Shown piece by piece: positions 25,701-36,800 of a stretch of DNA of 64,000 bases. Position 1 is the first letter of the stretch; each line of letters opens with the position of its first letter. The stretch lies in assembly GCA_036172245.1 (NCBI GenBank), contig JAYWIR010000008.1, positions 1,054,001-1,118,000 on the forward strand, read 5' to 3'. The position numbers and the translations under genes were made by a program. The notes beneath the pieces are model-generated. The model was not told the origin of the DNA and ran no database searches. It saw only the letters and a program-made list of their open reading frames with translations. Source of the DNA: Raillietiella orientalis. Its lineage: Eukaryota.

Positions 25701-27049
25701 ACCCCGCCGAGGATCCAGAGGGTGAGGTCAAATAGGGAGGGGACCCAGGAGGAATCCGAAACAAATGTGGACCTCGACGTCGAGAGAGGCGGGTGGGGAA
25801 AGGGTTGTGCCACCCTCCCCATGCTCCCTCTTGGGGGGACAGAGCGGATCTCCACTAATATCAGTTCTTCGACCCCTCTCTCCCCGAGGAGCGATGCGCC
25901 GGGCGCCCTGGAGGGGAGGGAGAGATGGAGAAGCACCGTTTCCGACCTGAGAGAAGACCAGAGAAAGAGGATTGCTGGCGCCGCACTCCCGCCTTTTTTA
26001 TCTCCGACCTCATGCTCCCGCGGCACGGGGAGCAACGCCTTTCGTTCGTGGCCACCCTGACCGGGTTCGTCCCTTTTTTCGCCAAGATTTCTGCGGATAG
26101 ATTTCCGTCGGGGCTTGCCTTCTTGCTCCCGGCATCGCTCCGTTCTCTTTTTCGTCTGCTTAGTAGCAGCAGGGAAAAGGGGTGGTTGCGATGGGCACAA
26201 GCCCACATGAGAGAAGGTTTTCGCGCAAGGAGGGGGTGACGTCTGCGGCTGGAGGTCTTCCTTCTTTCCTTTGGGGGAGGGGGAGTTAGGGACCACCTGC
26301 TGAGAGGCGGCACGCGACCTGCAGGTCTGCGTCGGCTGCGTGCAACCCTGTTGCTGTGGTGCTGGAGCGTGACCGGCGAAGTCGCTACCAGCGCGCTTAA
26401 CTCCTGACTGGTCGCCGTGTTTGCTTTCTCACGTCCTCGTGGTTACCGTTTCCATGGCTGCCTGCCCTAGGGCGGAAAGGAGCTCCTCTCCCGCTCCGAG
26501 CGGGAGCACGCAGCAGCCGCGGCTTCCTGAGTGACCTCTCTCGCGCGCTCCTCCTCTTCCTCTTCCCTTCTATCCCTCTTTCCTCCGGTACTCACGCGCG
26601 CGTTGCTGCCGGTATCCCTTGCAGCCTCGCTAGGAATCCGCTACCGCTCCTGCCTCTCTGGATGATGCCACAGTCAGCGGAGGAGACATCGAGGGATTCC
26701 ACTCCGCTCACGGAGGATTTCCTCTGGGATGTGATCCTTCCGGGCCAAACGGGCGAGGGACGAGACCAGAATAGCGCGACCATCCCAAGAAGAAGAAAAA
26801 ACAGACAAACAAGGAAGAGGAGAGGGGGCGGGGACTAAAGAAATCGGTTTTGAGGAACGCTGCATGCGCCTAGGACCCCAGCTCGTGGTCCCCATGATAA
26901 GGGAGGGGCACTCCTGGGCTCCCGTGGGGGAAGGGGCAGCATCCCTTCCTCGCCATTCTTCCTCTTCTCCCACTCCTTTCCCCAGCAACTCTTCTCCCCG
27001 TTTCCCCCGAGGTGAACGCCAGAGAGGATGCAGAAGGAGGCGCCCTTGT

Positions 27050-27254
27050 GTCCGCCAATCGTGCGCTCACGCTTTTCGGAGACACGCCCCTCTCCTAACT
27101 CCTGGCGGCTGCCTGGGCATCACGTGACAGAGGGGAGGCGGTGCGGCTCAGAGCGCGCCTTTCGCGCGCGCGAAGGGGAAGAGGAGGCAGGCGGGCATTT
27201 AACCTTTGACACACGGCGGCGCGGCACGAGTTCCCCACGCGAGAGGGCCGCGCC
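27050..27254 (+). promoter_or_regulatory. Candidate proximal promoter of the Dmrt gene
   Basis: CCAAT at 27055-27059 and the palindromic E-box TCACGTGA at 27120-27127, within 200 nt of the ATG. Motif evidence only. Confidence 0.3.
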
Positions 27255-29349
27255 ATGAGTTCCCGCGCCGCCGCCGCGTCGTCACCGTCGTCGTCGCCAT
27301 CACCTTCATCAGCAGTTTCGAGAGATGCCTTCGCGCGCCACCCCACCACGGAGAGGGGAGCCCGGAAGCCTAAGTGCGCCCGCTGTCGGAACCACGGGAT
27401 GATCTCCTGGTTGAAGGGGCACAAGCGCCACTGCACGTTCCGGGAATGCACCTGCGCCAAGTGCAACCTCATCGCCGAGAGGCAACGCGTCATGGCAGCC
27501 CAGGTAAAAGCGGCCGCATGTCATGGCGGATGGGGGCAGCAAAGAGTCGCCTTCCACGGAGGAAGGAGGTGCTCCGCTCTCCCTCTCGCCCCTTCCTTTC
27601 CCATCCTACCTTTCCCTGCATCCCTTTTGCTCTTTCCTCCCGCTGCCACCCTCTCTGCACCGCTACCGGTGTCCACGCCTTCCGGCGGATCTCAAGTGAA
27701 GGGCAGTGCGGGCGGTGCGTCGTGGCAAAGGGCAGTTAAGCAGGGCGCGGCCGGAGATCGCAGACAAGGGGGGGAGGGGAGATCCCTCGAGACTCGTCTT
27801 TCTCACAGGACTTTTCCTGTGACACGCAGGTCGCCCTGAAGAGGCAGCAGGCCGCGGAGGATGCCATCGCCATCGGACTTCGAGCCATGGCCACCGGAAC
27901 GAACCTCGGATTCCTACCTCCCGGCCCCATCTTCGGGTTCCCTATGAGCGAGGAGGAGTCTCCGGAAGAGACCAGAGCAGCATCCCGCAGGATTCCCGGT
28001 ATGGTAGGACGGGCGCCACAAACGCTCCCTCCCGCGTGCTTCCCAAAGCAGCGCAGAGACCGTAGGGAAAGGGATGGAAGGAGGAAGTGGCGAATTCGGG
28101 GATAAGTAAGGGGATGGACACCTATCCTTTTTGCTACAGATCCCGTCAGAGCGTGCCCTTCCTCTTTCCTCCCTTCCCGAATCTGCTGTTCCAAACGACA
28201 CCTCCTGTGGTTTTCCTGCAAGATGCTGTTCCGGGAAGCTTCGGAAGGAAGCAGTGGCTTCTTTTCCTTCCTCTCGATCTCCCGAATATCGCTCTGCCTC
28301 CCCCTCCTCGAAGGGGTTCCCAGCCTCTTCCTCCTGGTCGCAGGAGGGAAGTCACGCCTTCATCTCCCTTTCTTGCCCGGAGGATGCATGAGGAGGTCTT
28401 CGGATCCGAGCTGGTATCGGGAACGATGAGCTCCTCACACTGACTCCCCTTAACGAATGCTCAAGGAGCTTGCGGGAAGGCCTGGAACCGGAAACACGAG
28501 GGGCGGTCTCCGGACTGGGAGACGTGAGGACGTGGGCGATTGAAGAGGGGAGAGACAAATCTCCAGGAGAAGGATCCATCCATCCCCTTGTCCTCCTCCT
28601 GCTGAATCCTCCCTTCTGCGCTTCCAGAGGATCCCAGCAGCAGTGGCTACGCTGGGAGGAAGCACCCAGAGGAGACCGACGAAGATGATGATGAGGAAGC
28701 GAGGCTTGCCGCGGCGTCGAAGGTGGGCTCCGCAGGGGCAGGCGTGAGGGAAGAGGAAAGCGGCGGCCACTCGGGGAAAGAGTCCGCCGCCCACGGAGGT
28801 TCCCTGACCGGCACCGGCCGGCTCAGTCCCCTCGAGGTGCTGCACCTGGTTTTCCCCGCGCAGAACTTATCCTCCCTGGACTACGTACTGAAGGCCTGCC
28901 GTGGCGACGTCGCCAGAGCCATCGAGCACCTGAGGATGCACTTCGACCCAGGCTGCAGATCCCAAACTCTGCCTGGACCAACCCTCCTCCATTACCCTGC
29001 CCTAGCTATGAAATCCCCCTTTGGCATCGCGGGTTCCAAGCTGTCCATGGGAAGTTTCCGATCCGCCTTCAGCATCCCGCCGGCGCACCAGAATTCTCCC
29101 TTCTCCCCGAGTCTGGTGGGCTCGAGGCCGCCCCCGTACCTCCCGGAAACCATCTTCGGCAGATCCCCGGACCAAACCTTCGCAGACTACTTCCCCATCG
29201 CTCTGACGGGCTACGGCCCGCACGATCCCTCTGCATCGGCCAACTTCTTTTTGGGTTCGGTCCGCAGGGCCTGCCCGAGCGACTGCAGGGAATGTGAGAA
29301 GTTCCGCAGCGAGATGAGGGACGTTGGAGAACTGCGGAGGCACCCCTAG
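27255..29349 (+). CDS. Dmrt93B: Doublesex/mab-3 related transcription factor, Dmrt93B/dmd-4 type (DM plus DMA domains); exons 27255-27503, 27830-27998, 28628-29349; 379 aa
   Basis: DM domain [70 protein letters not shown], then [10 protein letters not shown] (characteristic of the Dmrt93B/dmd-4 group), and a DMA domain [37 protein letters not shown]. Intron 1 (27504-27829, phase 0) falls after MAAQ, a position shared with other Dmrt genes. Intron 2 (27999-28627, phase 1) restores the frame, and the stop is TAG at 29347-29349. Confidence 0.93.
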
Positions 29350-30340
29350 GGGACGGGAACAAATTCCCGTCTCCTTCACCCCTGTTGCTCCCGTGCCCTT
29401 CGTGCGGCCCCGGCGAGAGGGGGTCACGATGTGATCCGACCAAGTGAACGTCCCCCTCGCTGGCAGGGAAGAGAACGGTAACCCGACCCTCGTTCGTACG
29501 GGAGCACCGGCTGACATTCCTCCGAAATCCCGCAGGATGGCTGCCATCCCATTACCTTCTCGTGTTCCTAAGAAAGCAAACCGGCCCGACTCGCTCCTCA
29601 CCAGGCCGAGCAATCGACTGAGATGCGCGACTTCTGGTCTCCCGCGACTGCGACAGCCGCGGGAGGTTGCTGAATTGTGAGCAGAGTACGGTGCTGTTGT
29701 GCTGCGGTCTCTTCGTCGCTTGCAAATCAGGAAGATCTTTCCTTGCTTAGTAGAGATCAGGAGACCAAAGTTCGCCTAACTATGCCCTTCTCTCTCCTCG
29801 GCTAAGAAGCTCCTTTTGGGAACTGACTTGTGCTACCGCTTGGAAGAGAGGACGCGTCGGGACGAAGGTGGTCTGATGGATTCTTTACCGGAGGTGTCGC
29901 GCGTCATCGGCAGGTTGGCAGCCGAGAATCGCCTCCCGTGTCACAGCCAGCCTCATCCGATGCGACGGCAGGATTCGGAAAAGCGCGCACTCACAGCTCC
30001 TTCAGAACGGAGGAACCTCCCGGATGCCCGGATCGGGAAGCACCGGCATTCAGCTACCATCTTGGCTTTAAACGCGTCGTCGTGTTACGTTCGACCTCGT
30101 GCATCATGCAGAATCCAATGTACGTTTGACATGTACGTGGACTACGCGGTTATCGAAGGAATGCAAGAACTGGCTTGGCTCGGTGTTTGCACAGACCTGG
30201 AGGCATTCGTAGAAAAACGGTTCGAAAACGAAACTGTGGTTGGACGCAGTCCGTGCACCCACGAAGCGGCTACGCCACAGCGTGCGCAAACGGAACGGTC
30301 ACTGCAGTCAGACGAGCAAAGTAGCAATGTACTCACGACG

Positions 30341-30346
30341 AATAAA
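30341..30346 (+). terminator. Candidate polyadenylation signal (AATAAA) of the Dmrt gene
   Basis: First AATAAA I see after the stop, about 1 kb downstream; others occur at 30863 and about 31044. Confidence 0.3.
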
Positions 30347-30600
30347 AACGCGTTGCTGCACGCAACGTAGGGGTCGAAAAAAAGAAAAGCAGTTGTTACT
30401 GCACTGTCTCACACGCGGCATGGCCATTTCCAATCACAACGGCACACATCGGAGCAAATGTAGAAATGGAGAAAGCCGTTGTGGTCCTGCTTGAGCGATT
30501 TGTCCTCAATCGCTCACACAAGCGGGTGCGCAATCGGCGCGCATCGCTAAGATGGCCGCAACGTTTAATTGTTGCAGCGCCATTGCGTATTTCTAGGAAA

Positions 30601-30869
30601 AGAGCGTTATATTGCGATCGTATGTAAAGCAAATACATGCAGTCACGGTTGCGTACGTGAACGCATGTGTAAACAGAGCGTTCCATCTCGATGCCACACA
30701 TGATATGAATATCAACAGAGTATTATGTTGCGATCGCACACGTACACTCATAATTTAATTACGATTGCATATATCAAAGTCAATGTAAACAGGAGCATTG
30801 CCTTGGGATCTCACTGATGAACAAATAATTGAATCACGACTGCGTGCATGAGCGCATAAGCAAATAAAG
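30601..30869. repeat. Degenerate AT-rich tandem repeat (116-bp period, two copies plus a partial third)
   Basis: TTGCGATCG occurs at 30612 and 30728, and TGTAAACAG at 30668 and 30784 (both offset by 116). 30832-30869 aligns ungapped to 30641-30678, mostly through transitions. Confidence 0.75.
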
Positions 30870-33800
30870 AATATCACGTTATTGCAGACAGTCTTCTGCA
30901 CAAAAAGTGTTTGTTACTGAGGCCCTTCGAACACACGCGCGCATGCACGCACGCGGGTGGGGAGAGAGAAGGAAAAAGACCGACAGGCAAGGATGGCGCT
31001 CTCTACCTTAGGGACCGGGTCAAGGCGGTAAGATGGAAAAAAAAATAAAACAAGATACAAAAAGGAACGCGGCGAAGGGTCGTCCCCAGGAGAAGCGGGG
31101 AAAAGGCAAGAACTCTGGACTGCAGGAGAAGAATTTCGCTTTTGCAGGAGGTCGAGGAGAAGGTAGGTAGCCGCGCCCACCGCTTCTGGCGCGAGGAGGC
31201 GCTGCGCCAGTGGCGGTGAGGTCCTCCAAACAGCACCGACCGCACACCAGCCGGCGCTTCTGGGCGGCTGGCACGCGGTTCGTGGGCGGAGGAAGGAGCG
31301 GTCGGACGCTCTCTCGCCTCTCCGAGGTGGCGGCGGAGAGGCGGTGGATGCCGACAGGCTGGAAAGGCCGCCAATTTCCTTACTTTTTTTTTGTTTGGAG
31401 GAGGAGCGTGGGGGGGTGAGGCGCTGAAGAAGACAGGAAGGAGGGGATCTCTCTGCCTTCCTCTTCGTGTGCCTCCCCCTGACCCGGGGGATCCGAGGTC
31501 GGTGACCCCACGGAAGCGTTCGAAGACCGAAGTCTTTGACGTCCAGAGGAGGGAGAACGGTGCCCTCGCATCCTCCTGAGCAGCGCGCCCGTCGAGAGAG
31601 TCGGGGGACGAGCAGGAAAAGGAAGGGGGTTTGGGGAACTAAGAGGGCGAGGCGAGGTGGCAGACGGGAGGCGAGCAGGGAGCAGCCGGTGCGCGAAAAT
31701 GGGAAGTCAACCTCCTCGGTGGGCCGTCTGGTCCTCGCCTCGTCGTGCTGTCGCCCGGGAGCGCGGGAGCCCGTCACCGTCCTTTCCGGCCGCCTCCGTC
31801 CCGCGCGCAGGAGATCTGCCCTGACCCTTCCTGCGCCCCCTTCTCTCCGCCGCCGCGGTCTCGTGGAAGACCAGGGGTGCCCCTCCCTGGGATCCGCCGC
31901 CTCCCGGAGATGCGAGATGCTGTGCTCAGCCTCCTCCTCCAGGACCGAGACGAGGGGCACCCCCCGAAAGAGCACAGTGCAGGCGCTGCATTCAGAGGCG
32001 GAGGAGCGGCGCGCCAGCTGACGGGGGGTTTTCCGACTGGAATGTCTTGCACGGAAGGCCGCTGGGAGGCGCACGCGAGTAGGCAGCCGCGACCCTTGTT
32101 CTCCTTCCGCCCACGTTTTCCTGAAGAAGCAGCCCCGACTCCGTCCGGAAGATTCCGGGATTTCGAGCGCTCTCCTCCCGCTCGCATCGGGAGCGGGAGG
32201 CGGCGGCGGCCTGAGCAGGAGAGGAGGAGGGTGCACGTGGGCGCTTGCGCCGACCTCCTCCCGCCCCTTCTTCCCGCTCGCGGAGTTGCTGCGGACGTGC
32301 AGCGGAGCTCCACGCAAACGGCGGCCGGCCAGCGACCTGCTCCCGCGGCGCCCGATGGTCGGCCACCAGCTGTGCGGCAGGATGGCGGGAGGGGAGCCGG
32401 CAGTTCGTCCGTGGCTCTCCTCGTCAATGGAAGCCCACCAAGGAGTTTGCAGGCGAGGAAACGGGCAACCAAAGGGCAGTGGCGGGCACGCAGCGATGGC
32501 GCCTCCAGCGCGGGATGCTGGACGGGGACGTCGCCCGCTACCGCTCTGCTACCGCTCCCTCCTCCACCTGCTTCCCAGGAGGCCGGCTTGCGCGGGTCTC
32601 CTCGTCCTCCGCGCGCACCAGCGAGGTGGTCCCTCGCTCCGTCGCCATGATGGCTAGCCGGAGCTCGAGTTCCGTGAAACTCCATTGTTGTTTGGTTCTT
32701 AGCAGTTGATTATTTACATTTTCCCGTACCACTCATATTTTATAGTATGTAATGTCTACATATGTTGTGTAAATACACGGAATTTCCGGGAGGCTGAAAG
32801 CTGTTTCGAGACAGGCGCTTCTGGAGGAGGAGGGCAGGTCACGGCGCCCGGCCAGCCTCAACGGGCTATCCTGCGGACCAAGGGCGCGATCCGCCATGTC
32901 GGCCCGACGTCATCGCCGGAAAGGTCTCTTCCTCCTCTCCCTCCCCCCTTCCGACGTCGTCGGAGAGCTCACTGCTGCCCATGTTGAGGGCTTCCTCGAG
33001 TGGCCCGCAGGCGATGGGCGTTCTTTCCTGCCCGACGCGCCCGTCGGGGAGTCTCTTCCCGGCGGAGCGCGCGGCTGCCAACGCGTCTTCCCGGGAGACT
33101 GGCAACGGGAACAACGGGGCACGCAGCTCAGGGCGGGTGAGACACGGAACGTCGTCGCACCAGCGCGTGGGGAGAGAAGTCGCAATGGAGGAGGGGCCCG
33201 CGTCGATCCGAGGGGTCTCCTCCGTCCCGCTGCAGAGCCGGTACCCTCCACACCTCCTGTGGCTCCAGGTTGTCCCGGAGTGGGCGCTGCCTTCTCGGCG
33301 GAGCGCGCGCGGGCCGCCGGAAGGGAGAACAGGAGAGGGGGGTCTTTCACTGCCCCACCTCGAGGACTGGCTCGTTCACTGCGCCCCTTCCGGCGTCCAC
33401 AGACGCGGCGGCACCGATCACGCTCCACGCACACCATTCGGCAAGGGTCAGGGGTCACCCACGTTTGGCGCATTGCATGACCTCCACACCGACGGAGCCC
33501 CCTTGCTCTCACCATCCGGGCGCCGGGCCTCCTGTCGCCACTTGAAGAAGCAGTGGGGCCTTCGTGGTGCTCCGAGGTGGGTACGGTTCCACCCTGACCG
33601 GTCGTTCGCTCTGCCCCCTCTCCTTCCGTCCAGTCGGACTTTTCCATGCTCACGCGCGGGCATCGGATGGTCCCAAGCTAGAAGCAGCCGATCCGTCCGG
33701 GTGGTCTTGCGCGGGAGGCGCAGCAGTTGCCGGCGTGGGCCCTGTGGCGGACCGACCACAACCCTCGGGAGGGCGAAGGTGGAAAAAGAATCCTTGGAAG

Positions 33801-36800
33801 GTGTGCACGCCGCCTGTCTGGCGCGTCCCTCCAGCGAGGCGATCGGCTCAGCGCCTCGGCGGAGAGTGCGAGAGAAATGAGCGGGACTGAGTGCAGGAGC
33901 TCTCCAGCAATGACGAGCGCGTCCCCGTCTCTGCCGGCGACGTGTGCGCATGCGCGCGGATGCCACGCAGGTGATCTCGGCAGCGGACCACTCCGGCGCG
34001 CGCTTCGGCTCTCGTAGGCCGGTGATTTCCACGAAGGAAAGTCGTACCGGAGTTCCCGGGGAGGTGCCTCAGTTGTCACCTCAGCGGGAGGAAGGGGCTG
34101 AGGCGAGGATGGGTGGAGGGAGGGCTGCGGAGGTCCGACTTCGCAATTCACGAGACTGCGCGCACCGATCCGCTGAAAAAGGACGGGAGTGGCGCCACTC
34201 AGAGGAGGAGGAGAAGGACGAGGGGGATGGGGGAGGGCGGAGGAGAGTGAGCAATTCCTGGAACTCACTGCAGCTCACCCTTGGGGATGGGGAAGAAAGG
34301 GGTCACCGGAGCTGCGACGCTTCCCGGCCGCGGGAAAATGCCACCGTCTCCTTTCTTTCCCTTCCCGCCTCCTCTTCCTCCGCCCTCGGCAGTACCGTCC
34401 GCGCTCTCCCGCGCGTCGGGAGGTTTCCTCTGACGTAGAGTAGGAAGGACACCGTGCGCGCCCAGTGCCCGGTCGGTGAGGGTTAGGGGTGCGACCATGC
34501 TGCGGCACGGCCATTCATCGCCTACCCTTCCCTTCCTCTTCCACTCTGCGTGCAGGCAGGATGGAGGGGGTTGCTATGGCGACGGAGGATCACCCTGCCC
34601 TGCTGTCAGTCGCCTCCACTAGCCCTTCCCTCTTCGAGAGGTTGTCTAGGAGCTGGGGGAGGTGGCAGGGCGCTTCAGATGTCGGAAACCGTTGATGCCT
34701 TCCGGAATGATTTCGGGAGGACTCTGCGGTAGCACTGGAAGCGCGCGAGTTCCCTGGAAGTCACCAAGGTGGTGGGGTTCGGCTCCGCTGGTTGGGAAAG
34801 CAGAGATCCTCTGACTGACACCCGGAATGGGGCGGGCCCAGACTCCTCCTCGGTAGAGGAGGGGGAGAAAGGAATCGCTTCCACCCTCGAGGGACGGCTG
34901 CTGAGGTCCGCGCCGAGCGACCCTAGCGGCGGCAGATCTCTGCCTCTCGTTCTGGTGTCGGTGTTCCTCGCGAGAGGGCACTGCCAGTGGCGTTCCTGGC
35001 GAGTGAGGAGACGACGGGCGATCGCGCGCTTCGGAGGCGAAGACCGGGACAAGACTCTCCGGTGGGAACCCGTGAGAGGTGCGAAGCAAGGGGAGTCCCA
35101 TGAGGATAGTGGGGCAGAGAACGAAGCTCCCTTCCCGTGGGCGGTCGCCGCTGCTTTGCGCCAGCCCGAGTAATTGCGGCCGGTGTGATCCCAGGTGCCA
35201 GCGGGCTGGGTAGCTTCCTCCCTCGACGCACCCCCAGGAAAAGCTTCCGGTTACGCGGGGATCTGAATCGGCGTGTCTGCTGCCGCAACCGCTCTCGCAA
35301 TGTCTTTCAGGAGCCCCCCTTCCCCCCTCCCCCACTTTAGCGCGCATGCGTGCGTCTGCAGCAAGGCGCTGCCAGCAGACCCCGGGATGTTCGATAATGC
35401 CCGGGGGTGAAATGTCTCGAAACGCATTCAGGCCATCCTCCTGAGACCCACGCATTCGGCAGTGCGAAGGCAGTGACCTCCGGAGTCCCCAGGGCCACCT
35501 CCGCCGATCGAAGTCCCGACACTCTAAGGTGTTTGGAACGACGGCTGGAGACGGCTGTCCTCTCCCTCCCTTGAGGTGCACAAAGCTGCTGGGGGGGGGG
35601 GGAAGAGGGGGCAGGTGCGCAGCCTTCCGCTGGAGCGGGCCGTAGGGCCACCCTCCGGTGCAACGAGCGGGATCCTTTCTACTGGCGGTCACAGTGCCAC
35701 CAGCTCCTGGGGCGACCCTGGGTGAAAATCATCGCCTCCGGTGGGTTCATTTCGCCACAGGTCACCCTCGGAAGGAGGATGCGCGCGGGTATGGACGGGC
35801 CTTCTCGAACTTTCTCGGTCTCCCGGAGCGAAATCCTCTGAATCCCTGCCCTTCTGGGGCACTGGCGCTGGCCTCGTCGGGGTCGCCGGCGAGCTGGTAG
35901 CGCCGGGTCCCACCAGCTTTCCAGGCACGGGGCGGGCGGTGAAGGGTCGCCATCCGCGGGGGGCTGGCGAGGGTGGAACTCCAGCGGCGGCGAGGGAGCG
36001 CTCGCTCGTGGTGGCGGCCGCCTCCCCTCTCTCGGAAGGAGCTGCAGGGCGACCCACCTTCCGCTGGGGCCGCTAGGCGCCACGAGAGATCAGTCCCGCA
36101 GCTGTCCGCCGCCTCCGTTCCCTCCGGGGAAACTTTGTGCAGGCGCCTCCAGGGCAACGGCTCCTCCTGCGGCGCGACGAGCCTCCTCCTAGGGGCCTCT
36201 CCGAGGCCCCACGATTCTCGGCTCGCGCGGAGAGATGGCGCTCCGGAGAACGGAAGTGGTGCGGACATCCGTGTTCCAGGTGCTCGTGGACCAACGCCGA
36301 GACCACGTCGCCGCCGAGGCGCCCCCTTCCGTCGAGGGCAGCGTGGCGACAGGTGGTTTGCTCCCACCTTCTTCCTCCAGGGCAGCGAGCAAGGAATGGG
36401 GGGGTCGTCGCTTAAGGGAAAGCGCGGCAGGGGATGCCCAAAAGTCGCCGGCGTTCCGGGTGAAGGGGGCGAACCGGTGCGTTAGCCGTGGGGTCCCCGA
36501 AAGCTGCCCCGCTCCCGGGCGGCGCTCATTCTCCCCTCCCCTGCCTTCGGGGCGGTGGCGAGGACGTCGTCCTCCCCTTGAGCGACGCCGGGAAGTCAAC
36601 CGGGTGGCGATCTCGCAGCACTCACCATGAGCGAACCGGGCGGGTGACCCGAATCTCCCTCCTCCCCCCTCCCTCTCCTCTTCCTTCCTCTCTCCGAAGG
36701 AGCAGCTCACGCTCGCTCGAGCAAACAGAGGGCGCGGCGGCGGGGACGCAAACACGGTCGAGTGTTTGCCGGGACGCGAACCGCCGTCTTTGTCTCTCCG

